DNA of 60,379 nt from Toensbergia leucococca (Eukaryota). Where the stretch lies: NCBI GenBank assembly GCA_022813965.1, contig JALDZS010000149.1, forward strand, positions 1 through 60,379, read 5' to 3'. The notes under the pieces were generated by a model, which searched no databases, was not told the origin of the DNA, and saw only the letters and a program-made list of their open reading frames with translations. Both the position numbers and the translations under genes were made by a program. This document shows, one piece after another, positions 1-11,690 of the stretch. How positions within the stretch are numbered: position 1 is the first letter of the stretch; each line of letters begins with the position of its first letter.

Positions 1-624
1 TGGAGCTGGTGATGAAGAAATGAAGGATGCTTCATCTGCAACACCCACGCCTGCACCAACTGCAGTAAACCTCACTGCACTAGGTACTGGAAGTGGCGAG
101 GTGGAGGCGGAAACCCCAATGGACTTCACACCCTTGGCCGGGCTGGTAAGGAGTCTATACGTTGGCAACTATCAACCGTTTTTCCTTGCCTTGGCTGCGG
201 TGGAGGAGACTTTTTTGAGCCAAGATCGATATCTTTATGAGCATAGGGGATGGTTTGTGCGAGAGATGCGACTGAGGGGATACCAGCAACTACTACAGAG
301 TTATAGGGTGGTAGGATTAAGCAGTATGGCCAATGATTTTGGGATTTCGGTTGATTTTCTGGACCGGTAAGTCGATTCTTCTGTATTGGATGTCACAGTC
401 GTGGTCCTGATGGCTGACAATGTATCCATAGCGACCTCGCAAAGTTCATTGCGGCAGACCGAATCCCCTGCACTATTGATCGGGTAAATGGCATCATCGA
501 GACCAACCGACCAGACGACAAGAACAAGCAATACTCGGATGTGGTCAAGCAAGGGGACAGTCTGATTACAAAACTACAAAAGTATGGACAAGCTGTGCGA
601 CTTCGAGGAAGTGAACGAGGATGA
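1..624 (+). CDS. RPN7: 26S proteasome regulatory subunit Rpn7, 3' part (gene starts upstream of the window); intron 367-431
   Basis: PCI-domain text FVREMRLRGYQQLLQSYRVVGLSSMANDFGISVDFLDR. A GTAAGT...TAG intron joins it to DLAKFIAADRIPCTIDRVNGIIETNRPDDKNKQYSDVVKQGDSLITKLQKY, with stop TGA at 622-624. Confidence 0.93.
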
Positions 625-1560
625 GACGAGTCGGGGAATTACTTTTGATACCTTGGGCATATGTAGCATAATTAAAATTCCATGCCTACAGCAAGCAAGA
701 AAATCTGATTTGGGCTCCCTGAACATCTCCTTTGCAAGAGAAGTGGTAGTGACCTTATTTATGTTTACGTAGAAGGCACCTTCGGGATGTTCTTCAAGAC
801 GCTGAGACACCCGGCATACTAACATACACCTTCGTAAAGGCCAGTCTTCTCGCCGTCTACATGTCTTTGAGATCTAATGTTCGCCGATATTACGAGCAAG
901 ATAGTACTATTTCATTCACAGCCCCACCTCATTGAAATGAGTGAGCTTTGTTTCATTCGGTTACACACTCGAATGTTAGCTTGAAAGTTCCTTCAGGTCG
1001 CCTTGATTCAATACCTACTTATGTGTCTAAGTTCGCATACAATCTTCTCCCGATAAATGTGTTTTGTTTCAACCTCTCAACATGTCACTTATCCTCTCCA
1101 CTTCATCAGTGCTATGAGATGCTCCGCGTCCCTATCTACTTCGTTGACGCTGCTCTGGCATACAGGTAAAGAGAAAAAGGCGATCCCCATTGCATTTGTA
1201 CGAGGCCCAGCATCCTCGTGGAGAAAGTCAGGATGATCTTTGTTTGTTTGCATTTGTAACGATAAATGTTTTAGTACATGGATAGAGATGACTGGATGTT
1301 TCCCATCGCATGGTGCTTCAGCAGAGGAGTGGAAAGGACAGAGAGTTGATACCGGCGCGGTTATACCTAGAGCGGTGAACTGAGGATGGCCATCTCACGG
1401 ACTTTCAGCCGTCTTTTGCGTATGGTTGTGAGAAACATCATTAAGCAACGCCCCTGGTATCCATACAGCTAAATGTATAAGAGTCATGAGGAATTCACTG
1501 TGTCAAGCCTAAGTTTGTAACGTCTATCGAATCAAAAGACATAATAAGATAAAGAAACGA

Positions 1561-2856
1561 GGCTTTCATTATTTGCTTCTTCTGGTCAATTCAAGTTGAC
1601 ACTTGCTCGCTTTGCATCCGGACACCACCGCAGCGTGCATGTATCCCGGATGACCTGTCGCTCCCTGGGCTCAACTCGATGGCATAGGGTACTCTTCTTG
1701 CTCTGAACACCGAACCGCACTAGCTGGATTGGTTTGGTTGCCTGCGTGCTATCATGCTTCTAGTCTGTATCTTTAAGAGGGCGTTGTACGCAATGAATGG
1801 CTCAAATTTGATTTTGAATTTGCATGAGATTTGACACTGCAAGACTCAGTCTCTCCGGCCATGTCGAATTGTACTTCTTATTCTCAGGTTTTTGGATGTA
1901 TCATGTTATTGCAATTTTCTTCCTTTTGCCTTGTTCTGTTCCGAGTCTGTCGTTCACTGAGCTCAGCCCATTATTCAATTGATCATCTACACGCGCCGTA
2001 CATCTCCTCCTTTCTTGCATAGGACTGTGAGACTTTCCAAAAAATTTTCGAGACCCCAGATGATGGACGCAAAGGCTTATGCCGCTATGAGAAGATCGTC
2101 CATAACGTGACCTAAAGGAAGGTTAGTCGCGTCAGTGACGTCTTGAACGCATGTCTCGGGTTTCTTAGTCAATAGTAAGAGTTCTCGGGCTTGGAGGTCA
2201 AACCAGCGCTCGCCTTTGGCTTACCCATGGACTATCTCGGAGTAGCGTTATATTGGTCTGATATAGCACCTCATGACATTAGGTGGCACAATAATGGATA
2301 TCCGAGTTGGTCCTGGGCAGGATGAGCTTCTGGCTGGCCGTTCAATATGACCGAGGGAAGTCAGATCCATTACAGTCCCCCATCAACGGACTCAGAGATC
2401 TTTTCAAGCCTTAACCGAAGGATGCCTACCCGTACGATTGCGAACAGTACTTGGCTGCAAAACATTCTTAAAGAGGTAGGTCCACGGCATATTCGAGAAA
2501 TGGACTCAAAGGACCCGGTCTTGCACCTTTACACTACATCGGCAATCCTACAGGTTGACGGTGAGAGTAGTACAGGCTTTGGGATATCTCAAAATCTGGT
2601 CTTTCACTTGTTCAGACGTCTGTCTAGGTGGAGTCTTGCTTGATAAAATTGGCGCGATGACCAAGCGCAGGAAATGGAGCTTATTGTAATCGGACTTGTA
2701 TACAAGAGCCTTCCAGGGGATGGAGCTGACAGGAAATCCTGGGGCGTGAAGCTCACGTGCATTCAGTGGGAGGGAAATCAGGCGTATCGAGTGCAATTGG
2801 CGTGCATGGTTCCTGCAATAGCTCGCGAAGCCGCATTACCAAGGTCACTTAATTAG
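1561..2856 (+). pseudogene. Decayed HET-domain (heterokaryon incompatibility) gene; 5' boundary approximate
   Basis: Frame +1 from 2086 reads YEKIVHNVT*RKVSRVSDVLNACLGFLSQ**...ALAFGLPMDYLGVALYWSD...GYPSWSWAG*...CIQWEGNQAYRVQLACMVPAIAREAALP. This is colinear with the intact HET protein at 32223-34631 (YWSAVKWYTQRHMSYESDGLDAFTGLL...FLFGLPETELDLAILWQP...FPSWSWAGW...MIQRQEEVAYRVGVGKIHVDAFMQAKP). Weaker remnants upstream: GFHYL at 1561 and LTLQD at 1831. Confidence 0.8.
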
Positions 2857-3420
2857 AGCAGTAAAGCCTAGTATATTGATGCAACCCCGAGCGAAGGGAA
2901 ATCATCTCGCATGAGCGAATGCTTGGGAGATGCGGATCATAATTGATTGATAAATTGATGATCTCTTGGTTATCCAAGGTGATGGAGTAAATAAGGAGGT
3001 AGGTAAATATCTTAGAAACTAGAATAGGGCAAAACCCTAATCTCAATGGTGGGGCAAAAAGGAAGGGAACGGGGATGAGAATGAGAATATTCTATGCAGA
3101 GAACAAGGTCTGATAACTCGACATATGTAGCTCGTAGCATGCCAGAACCAATCGGAGAAATGACTTCTATCCTATGAGCGCCCCACAAAGGAGAAAGCTT
3201 CCTTGTAGAATTCCCATCAGTCATCTAATCTAAACCTCACCGCTTTCCTGCATGGTAGTTTACTGGTTGTCGAGTTCATCTTCGGGCCTCTGCAAACTTC
3301 TCCACGGACAGGTCTGACAGTTTTGAATGACACAAGTGATGATTGACCGATAAGAAAAGCAGAAATACGCTATGTAACTGCGTCATTGGTACCTTAGGCT
3401 TGCACGCTGAAAATAATCCA

Positions 3421-5091
3421 ATGCATCTTCAACACCAGCACATTCTACTAACCCCCAAGACCCTTTCTACCTTACTTCGACGAACTTCGCTCAGCCATCT
3501 AGTTGAAGGACTCCCTTATCAACGCACAATGTCATCCACTTCCAGCCTCCGCAGCCTCAATATCAACAACATCAACCCTAATGTCAAAGAGGCAAAATAC
3601 GCTGTCCGCGGAGAGCTTGCCACTCGAGCTGAGGAATACCGAGCCAAGCTAGCTAAAGGATATCCTCCATCGCCTCCAGAGGACCCATTGCCATTTGATC
3701 AGGTCATTGCCGCCAATATTGGCAATCCCCAACAGCTAGACCAAAAACCCATCACCTTCTTCCGTCAAGTCCTCAGTCTACTCGAGTACCCGCCGCTTTT
3801 GGAAAACGAAGAGGCTCTGAAGAGCAGTTTTGGATACAAGCAGGATGTGATTGATAGGGCTAAATGGCTGTTGAAAGAGGTACACAGTGTTGGAGCCTAC
3901 AGTCAAAGTCAAGGTTGCCCAGGTATCAGAGAGAGCGTTGCCAAGTTCATTGAGAAGCGAGATGGATTTCCTGCAGACCCGAAGCAGATCTTTCTCAGTG
4001 CTGGTGCTTCGTCTGGAGTGAACACGCTCATGAATATCATCTGTGCAAAACCAGAGACTGGCATTCTTGTACCAATACCGCAATACCCTCTCTATACCGC
4101 TACCTTGGCTGTGCTTAATGCCCGCTGCGTACCATATTACTTGGATGAAAGCAAAGCATGGGGAACGGATATCAGTGCTATCCGCGACGCATACAAGAAG
4201 GCAAAGTCAGAAGGCACAGACGTGAGAGCCATTGTCGTCATCAACCCTGGTAACCCAACGGGAGCCAGCCTGGCCCCTGAAGATCTCGAAAGCGTACTCA
4301 AATTCGCCGCGGAGGAGAAACTCGTCGTTCTCGGCGACGAAGTCTACCAAACAAATGTCTTTATCGGAAAATTCAATTCCTTCAAAAAAGCACTGCGACA
4401 ATTGCAAAAATCAACACCGAAAAAGTACGATAACGTCGAACTTGCTTCCTTGCACAGTACGTCCAAGGGTATGGTTGGCGAGTGTGGGCATCGGGGCGGG
4501 TACTTCGAATGCATCGGCTTTGACCCCGAGGTCGTGGCACAGATCTACAAATTTGTCAGTATCAGCCTATGCGCGCCGGTGGTGGGCCAGTGTCTGGTAG
4601 AGATGATGGTCAACCCGCCGAAAGAGGGAGACGCGAGTTATACGCTGTATAAGAAGGAATATGATGGTATCTTTGACGGATTGCACACGAGAGCAACAGC
4701 GCTATACAAAGCCTTCAAACAAATGGAGGGCGTCAAATGCCAAGAACCCCAAGTAAACCACACCCTAATACCCCCTCCTTCCCCTGTTTCCCACTCTCAC
4801 AATCACCGAGTCACTTATTAACCCACAATCCAGGGATCAATGTACCTCTTCCCCACAATCACCATCCCCCAAAAAGCCATCCAGCAAGCCAAAAAAGAAT
4901 CCCGCAACCCAGACGAATTCTACGCTTTCCGCCTCCTGGACGCCACCGGCGTGTGCGTCGTCCCCGGATCCGGTTTCGGGCAAAAGGAAGGGACGTTGCA
5001 TTTTCGAACGACGTTTTTGGCGCCGGGGACGGAGTGGGTAGGGCGAATCACGAAGTTTCATCAGGAGTTTATGGATGAGTTTCGGGATTAG
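3421..5091 (+). CDS. ALT1: Alanine aminotransferase (PLP-dependent, class I/II); intron 4753-4833; second in-frame ATG at 3529
   Basis: Motifs AKYAVRGE, ANIGNPQQL, GAYSQSQG, INPGNPTG, DEVYQ, SLHSTSKGMVGECGHRGGY (PLP lysine). The spliced tail is GSMYLFP...GVCVVPGSGFGQKEGTLHFRTTFL. Confidence 0.95.
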
Positions 5092-6958
5092 GGGGGGTTT
5101 TGGATGGATTCAATTTTTTTTTCTGTTTTTTGGAGGGCAGGGGGGTTTAGTCTAGGTGGTATTGGTGGCATATGTTCTCTTTTTCCTCCCCATCTCGGAT
5201 TTTCAAGGAATAAAGGGGATGTGTGCTTTTTGCATAAATGGCCCAATCCCAGCTCTCACAAATCGACAAGACCTGATACCTTTGTTTTTCCTTCCCAAGT
5301 TTTCCCCACTCACGGTTTTCTCATTCGTGAAATCTGGAATCAACACCCCCCCCCCACTCCTGCTAGGTAAATGCTGACGATGTCCGTCCGTATATAAACC
5401 CAGTCGGTCAAAGATATTACACGACTGGTCATAGGTATACGACAAGACTACCTACAGGCAAGCGTGGTTTCTCAACCCACGGACTCCTTTTCTTTTTTTT
5501 TTTTAACGCCCCTAGGTATTTGGTTGAGGGGGGTTCAAGGATGATAGCGAGAAGATACAAAGGGGTATCTGGGGGAGGAATTGATGGTGCCTTACCTTTG
5601 TGAAGAGGGGAGGAATGGTGGGTATTTAGTTGACCCGTTTCTTATAGTCTGAGTGCTATTACAGCTCATCCTCTCACAACTCATCTCACCTTCTCTTCTT
5701 TGTCTCTAAAAAGAGAAAGACATGTTTAATCTCACATCTGCAAAATCTTTAGTATCTCACTCTCTCAAATCATCATCTATAACCTTGAGAAAGCATCTCT
5801 TTTCTGTTTTTTAAGAGAGAAGGATTAGAGATAAAGAAGAGAAGGCAAGGGTATGTTTTATGTTTTGTTAGTTTTTTCAATTCAGAAGCTATCATAGCGC
5901 TTGTATTGTCAGTGTGATAAATAGATATTGAGTGATGCTTTTGTTCTTGTTGTTTCTTAAGTAATAGAGACAAGGTGAGAGCAGGGAGTGATTTTCCTTT
6001 TTACATTTAGTAGTGCATGAATTGATTGTGATATGATGCTAATAAAAATGTTTTTGTATGATACGCTCTCTTAATAACCTTCAAAAAAAAATCCTCAGCT
6101 CAAGATGCTTCACAAGATATAACTCAAAAATAAAAGATAAATATCTCTGATTTCTATAAAGGAGACTTTTCAGTATACAAAGGAACAATCAAAGAATTGT
6201 ACTTGAAATATCACATCTTTTAGAACAAGGCTTTCCTGTACTGTGAGTGATGCATACTGAGGTTTCACAGGGTATTGCCCCTCCTTGCAAGGGAAGAACT
6301 CAATTCAAAGAAACTTCAAACTCCTCACCCGTCCCTCTCGCTAAAATCCATCCTCGCTGTCAGTTTCATCACTTGCTGATCTCATCACTGCTATTTGAGG
6401 CCGGGGAGCATGGCAGAAGCAACCGAGCCCCACCTGCACATTATTTCATTTCTCGCCCCCAGCAAGTCCGATAGATCTGGTACTTTGATTAATTTCGCTG
6501 CGACATTGGAGAGGGTTATGAAGAGGAGGCCACGGTGATGTTTCGAACGAGGTATGGCGTACTTGTTGGATAATTCGACTTGTAAGGGACTGGATCTGAT
6601 ATGCCAGTAGACAACAATTTTAAGTATACCTGTAGTCAGGAAACTGAACAGCATATATCATTGCAAATTGGCTTCCTTGTCCCGCCTGCCTGTCCAATGG
6701 TCCTGTATTTACGGATGGCGCGCTCCTGGCATATGGGCATGCACGTTTGGTGATGGTTGCCTAGCATGTTTGCCAGTATGGTCGATGGCGAAGGTGAGGA
6801 TCGCCCAGCCCAGCTTACTATTTTTGGTAGCCAGGGCACATTCACCATGGATTATATCTTCGCGACCAGTTGTCTTTATGCATCGATGGTCACACGAGCT
6901 TAGCATTTGTCCAGCTCGTTTCTGCGTGCAGAGAGTGCCTTCAATATCTTGAACAAGT

Positions 6959-7797
6959 CTAGAAATCTTGTTGCCGGCGTCTTCGTCTATATAAGAACCA
7001 CACCAGGACAGTGACGAGAAGGGCTACAGCTCCGACAATGATTCCAATAATTCCACCCAGAGAGAGAGGGGCAGAGCTTGATGCAGACGGGCTGGTGCCG
7101 GAACCTAAGGTGCTTGTTGGTGCAGATGAAGATACTGCTGCTGTCGAGCTTGATATAGGCCCGTTCAAAGTTGTGGACTCTGTGATTGATGCTGTTGGTA
7201 GATTCGTAAGAGATGGTATCGAGAGGGCGGCCGAGAAGCTAGACACGGATAGACCTTCTATCACACCCGAGCAGGCTGCATAATTCGCAGTATCCAATAG
7301 CGCGGACTGGCATGAAGATGGTAGTCAGGCCATACAAACGAGAAGCAACTTGGAATTAATCGATCTACTGTTCATTTCCAACGAAAACAAATCAAATCAA
7401 ATTGACATACATTATTAAGCCCCAAACACAGCGTCAACAAAGCTAATTGATTGGCTACAAGCGCAAGACTATTCGCCATATTGGCCGAGTCATCAGACGC
7501 GCTCAGGGATGCGCTGGACAGGTTGTTTGCCGCTTCAGCGGCATTATAAGACTTGATTGCCCAAGCACCGAAGACGAGGGCAATGATCAGCGCGAGGGCT
7601 TGGAGGAAGATGGCGGCGAAATCTTGGATTGAGAGAGTTGGGGCATTGTGGGCGGTGGAACGAGGTTTGGAGATGGAGGTTGTTGTTGCTTGGACGGCAG
7701 GGGTGGTTTCTGAAGGCTTTGAGGCGGATTGAATTGCTTTTTCATCGACTGGTGCTGGTTCTGACCCCAAGACTGGAGTAGAAGTTGGATTATCCAT
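6959..7797 (-). CDS. Hypothetical membrane protein, two exons (7797-7411, 7306-6959)
   Basis: A phase-0 GTATGT...CTGAC...CAG intron joins the two listed ORFs in frame. The product has a hydrophobic helix (FAAIFLQALALIIALVFGAWAI), a Ser/Thr-rich stalk and a C-terminal TM segment (GGIIGIIVGAVALLVTVLVWFLY) followed by RRRRR. Confidence 0.7.
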
Positions 7798-8089
7798 GGA
7801 GGAAAATTGAGAGAAGGGGATGAAGAAGGAGAACCAACAGAGAGTCTAGAACGAGGGGGTGGAAATGGAAGAGTGGAGTGGGAGTGATGACGTCTTAATC
7901 ACCGACGCGATTTAGATTGCTAGAATAAATTCTTACAGGTGCTGAGGCATCAAATTTCACATTTAAATTGTTGGCGTTCCTCCTCCGTAATGGTTGCGTG
8001 TATCATCTACCTATCTACCAACTCGTCTTCGTTTCATTCTTCTTGATCGTGATATACGAGGAAAGCAACATCCAGTCTTGGTTGCAAGG

Positions 8090-8811
8090 ATGGCATCCTT
8101 AGCCTACCGACAGAGTTACGGCTTCAAATTTACAGCAAATTATGGATACGACTGCCTTATCCCATCCGTCAAGGCAAGGACGATTACACCTACGCGTTCC
8201 CTTGGGCCATTTTGGCCGTCAGCAAGCAACTGAATATGGAGACGAGACAAGTCTTCAATGCTGAGAAACCTCTGGACATTATCATAGATTATCACGAAGA
8301 TACGAAACTCCAGCTTGGATTCCCAGTTCAACTGCTTGACCGCCTGCCCTATTCCTCTGTTCTACCCTTCTTGAAATCAATCCATCTTCATTTTCGCTTC
8401 TACAATTATCGACCTTTGGAGTACTTCGGTCTTGCAGATTACCTTGACAAACTCCAATCCTACATCCATGAACTCTGTGAGGCGCTGGCTGGAGCGTTGA
8501 ATTTGCAAGAGCTAGTAATATCTTGGGCTGATGGCCTGACAATGCAGTATGCTTCGCATATAGTGGATCTAGAACCATTGGAGAGGGAAGAAATCTTGAG
8601 TCTCACGCGAGGAAACATGAAGACTTTACTCCAGCCGCTTGATCTTTTTGACAGGTCATGTTCATACCGGAAAGGCCTTGTGGATTTCACTAATCAATAT
8701 AGTGAAACTCCTGTCTGTCGATATCTGGGACAGGCTCTTGATGCGCTCTCGATGCATCTAGAGACCGAATTCGCAGAATGCTTGGAGGAGGTCATGGCTG
8801 ACAGAGGATAA
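8090..8811 (+). pseudogene. F-box-like protein paralogue 1 with an N-terminal frameshift (or a sequence error)
   Basis: ATG at 8090 (ATG GCA TCC TT) is out of frame with SLPTELRLQIYSKLW...AILAVSKQLNMETRQVF, which starts at 8101 and is open to 8811. Motifs match the paralogues at 9223 and 10535. Confidence 0.65.
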
Positions 8812-9222
8812 CACATCGATTTTCAGTTACCTGAAGCATTGCTGTCATCACTGTTCTGCATGTTCTCCGGAGAAATGGTGGTCAAAGGTAGAGAAGAAGG
8901 TGGGGAAAGATATTATAGCTTTACGGTGTGTATCAATAGAGGTTTGCATAGCCCCACGTTGAATAGGACGGCCCACTCAAGTACCAAGATATGGTGATAT
9001 TCTTGCAACCCTAGTACTGAGTAATCAGGACTCATATTACTACTCATTCAGGAGAGAAGGCGCTTAATAGCGTCAACGTTCCCAAAGATGAAATCTTTGA
9101 TAGAAATGGCAACTCTTTCAGAGCTGAACGAGCTATATCAATATTCAAAGAATTGATATACAGAATGGCAAGGCAAAAGCACATTCTATCCCTTTATTTC
9201 TCTGTCGAAACATCAACTTCGA

Positions 9223-10041
9223 CTATTTGAACCAACCAGTCAGGATTCTCAGACCCTCTCTCCGCACTCCCGATATCCATGAGTGAGAACACACCGACTC
9301 TCCGTACTTTGCTGTTAGCTCTGACAGATGACATTCTCTATCGCGCATGACCTCCATGACGGACTTTGCAAATTCTGCTTTCAAGACCGCTGAAATATTG
9401 GGGTCGGGGATATTTGTGGCTTCTTCGGTGAAGACTTCTTTTTCATTCCGTGGTGAGTAGCACGGTGGAAGGGCGCTGAATAGCTGGGCCAGGGCTATAA
9501 TTGTCTCCTGCGTCTGCTCCCAATGAAGCTCTACGCATTTAGAGTACCACGTAAAGTCCCGGGCTTCTTTGTGCCATGACAGCCCGATGGAATGCAATGC
9601 AGGCGCTTTGGAAAAGACTTTGAATGCGCGGTAAAGATGAATGAGAAGCGCTTCAGAAATAGGTCCGTACGTTGGATCTGTCTGAAACATGAAAATCTCA
9701 CTCAATTGAAGCTCAATATGGATTGAGTGGATTGAGCGGAATCCTGGATGCAGAGGAAGTGAACTCCAGTCGTACGGGGTAACAAAGGTCTGGTAGGCAC
9801 GCCAATAGCTGACAGATAGGTTCCAAGTATTTTCATGAGAGAAGACATCAAAGGCTTCGGTATAGATTTGCTTGTTGACCTGCAGGATTTCAGTGTTGTA
9901 GTGAAAGTCGCATTTGTTGAAGGCTAGGGAGCCAAAAGGGAAATTACTGTCAAAGCGATCTTCAGATGTGCGCAGTTGGCGATATATCTTAAGGCGAATT
10001 TCTGTTGGGAGTGATAGAAAGGTTGGAGGTGAGTAAGACAT
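9223..10041 (-). CDS. F-box-like protein paralogue 2 (intronless, 272 aa)
   Basis: N-terminal TFLSLPTEIRLKIYRQL followed by YNTEILQVNKQIYTEAFDVFSHEN, the common fungal F-box-like/2EXR-type start. Confidence 0.75.
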   Translation of the reverse strand: MSYSPPTFLSLPTEIRLKIYRQLRTSEDRFDSNFPFGSLAFNKCDFHYNTEILQVNKQIYTEAFDVFSHENTWNLSVSYWRAYQTFVTPYDWSSLPLHPGFRSIHSIHIELQLSEIFMFQTDPTYGPISEALLIHLYRAFKVFSKAPALHSIGLSWHKEARDFTWYSKCVELHWEQTQETIIALAQLFSALPPCYSPRNEKEVFTEEATNIPDPNISAVLKAEFAKSVMEVMRDRECHLSELTAKYGESVCSHSWISGVRREGLRILTGWFK

Positions 10042-10534
10042 GATGCGTTTAGTTTTCCGAGATGTGGTGTTCTGCTTGCTTGAGATAAGCTACTGGGAAA
10101 ATTTCAAGGCCATTTACTAGTTCTACCTGATGGACGGATTACAGTTGCAGTATTGTCATTTTGTTCCAAGAGAATGGGGGAAGCCAACCTGGAGATATAT
10201 ATTGCTTCATGATTGTGTGTCACTCAAAGCAATCGGTGAGGCATGTGAATTGAAAGACTCATGAATACACGGCGTGTAGGAAAACCCATAACCAACTAGT
10301 GAATCGCTCGACATCAACAGAGTCACAAGATTTTTGGAAAATTCATCTTCGTCAACACTTCCGACCAATAAGATATCATGTATCCTCATCATCCTTCTTA
10401 ATATCCAACATTAAGTGATCTATCAAAACCACCTACTAGCAGCTTCTGCATGTTGAGACCCACATATCTTAGCACTTGAATCTGCCCAGAGAGAGTATCC
10501 GTACTTCAGAGGGCAATCCTCTCCAAATATCAAA

Positions 10535-11302
10535 ATGTCCTCCACGGCCCCAACTTTCCTGACGCTCCCAGCAGAGATTCGCCTCCGCATCTACTGCCTT
10601 CTTGTGTGCCGGCCCAAGGATCCGGCAGAAATCTTCGTCTCCCGCCACCACTTCTACGGCTTCAACACCGCAATCTTGGGGACGAACAAACAAATACATG
10701 CTGAAGCCCACTACTTCTTCTACGAGGAACGTACATGGAGCTTAGTGGATCCTTTAATGCGGCACTGGGATAGCCTGCCACGGCATCCCGTTTACCGTCA
10801 CATAAAGAAAATTCATCTCAGAATTGACCTATATGAGAGATTGATAATGCAACTTTTCCATCAAAGTGTTGCTCGCGTATGCACGTATCGTCGCAGCCTT
10901 GATGGAACATACAAGGCGCTCTCAGCAATACCTACACTTCGCTCTCTGCGCATCTCCTGGTTCGATCATGCACCATTCATCCGTGGCTTGGCCGAAGACC
11001 AACCTGCCGGAGACCCTGATGGCGGCAGACCGGTGTGGTATGCGCTATGTTTGGAGCATTGGGAAACGACTCAAGCGATCATCTGGGCTGTGACCCGGCC
11101 TTTGGCAGCACTGCCGTTGTGGTACAATCCCGTGCACGACATTGCCCGTCTTGCTACTGAGGGGACTCGTATTACCAGCGGGACAAACAGTTCTATGAGT
11201 GCGGGGTTGGGATCATTGGAGACAGAAGTCATTAGGTGCTTAAAGGACGTTTGGATGGAGAGAGAACGTCATCGGGCGGAGATTGAGGCGTGTTGTTACT
11301 GA
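10535..11302 (+). CDS. F-box-like protein paralogue 3 (intronless, 255 aa)
   Basis: TFLTLPAEIRLRIYCLL...FNTAILGTNKQIHAEAHYFFYEE. It shares W.SLP.HP, HWE.TQ.II and ALP..Y blocks with the 9223-10041 protein. Confidence 0.75.
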   Translation: MSSTAPTFLTLPAEIRLRIYCLLVCRPKDPAEIFVSRHHFYGFNTAILGTNKQIHAEAHYFFYEERTWSLVDPLMRHWDSLPRHPVYRHIKKIHLRIDLYERLIMQLFHQSVARVCTYRRSLDGTYKALSAIPTLRSLRISWFDHAPFIRGLAEDQPAGDPDGGRPVWYALCLEHWETTQAIIWAVTRPLAALPLWYNPVHDIARLATEGTRITSGTNSSMSAGLGSLETEVIRCLKDVWMERERHRAEIEACCY

Positions 11303-11690
11303 GGTTGCTCGTATTCAAGGGGAATATGCGGTAGACTTCCATGATCAAGGGAGGCGAGTGATGGGAGAACGCTCTTCAGAAAGCTCGCAAAAGACTGATC
11401 GGAAGCCCTTTTCCGGCTCCAATTTCACAAAGCAGTACTCTTTACACTTAAAACATGAGTCTTTTTCAAACTGGCAAGCAAATATGACAATCATCAACCC
11501 TTGAGCCCTTCAACACATCAAAAAAACCACTATCACTTTAAAAGATCTGATTAAGGTACATAAAACAATCAACTTTACTGATTCATTGAAGGAGATTTCT
11601 GAGATAAAGAGAAGTAGTTGTTCATTGCATCAGTGACTCTGCTTTACTCACTTCTGAGTCTGTATTAAAAGTCTAAGATATCAAGGGTGG

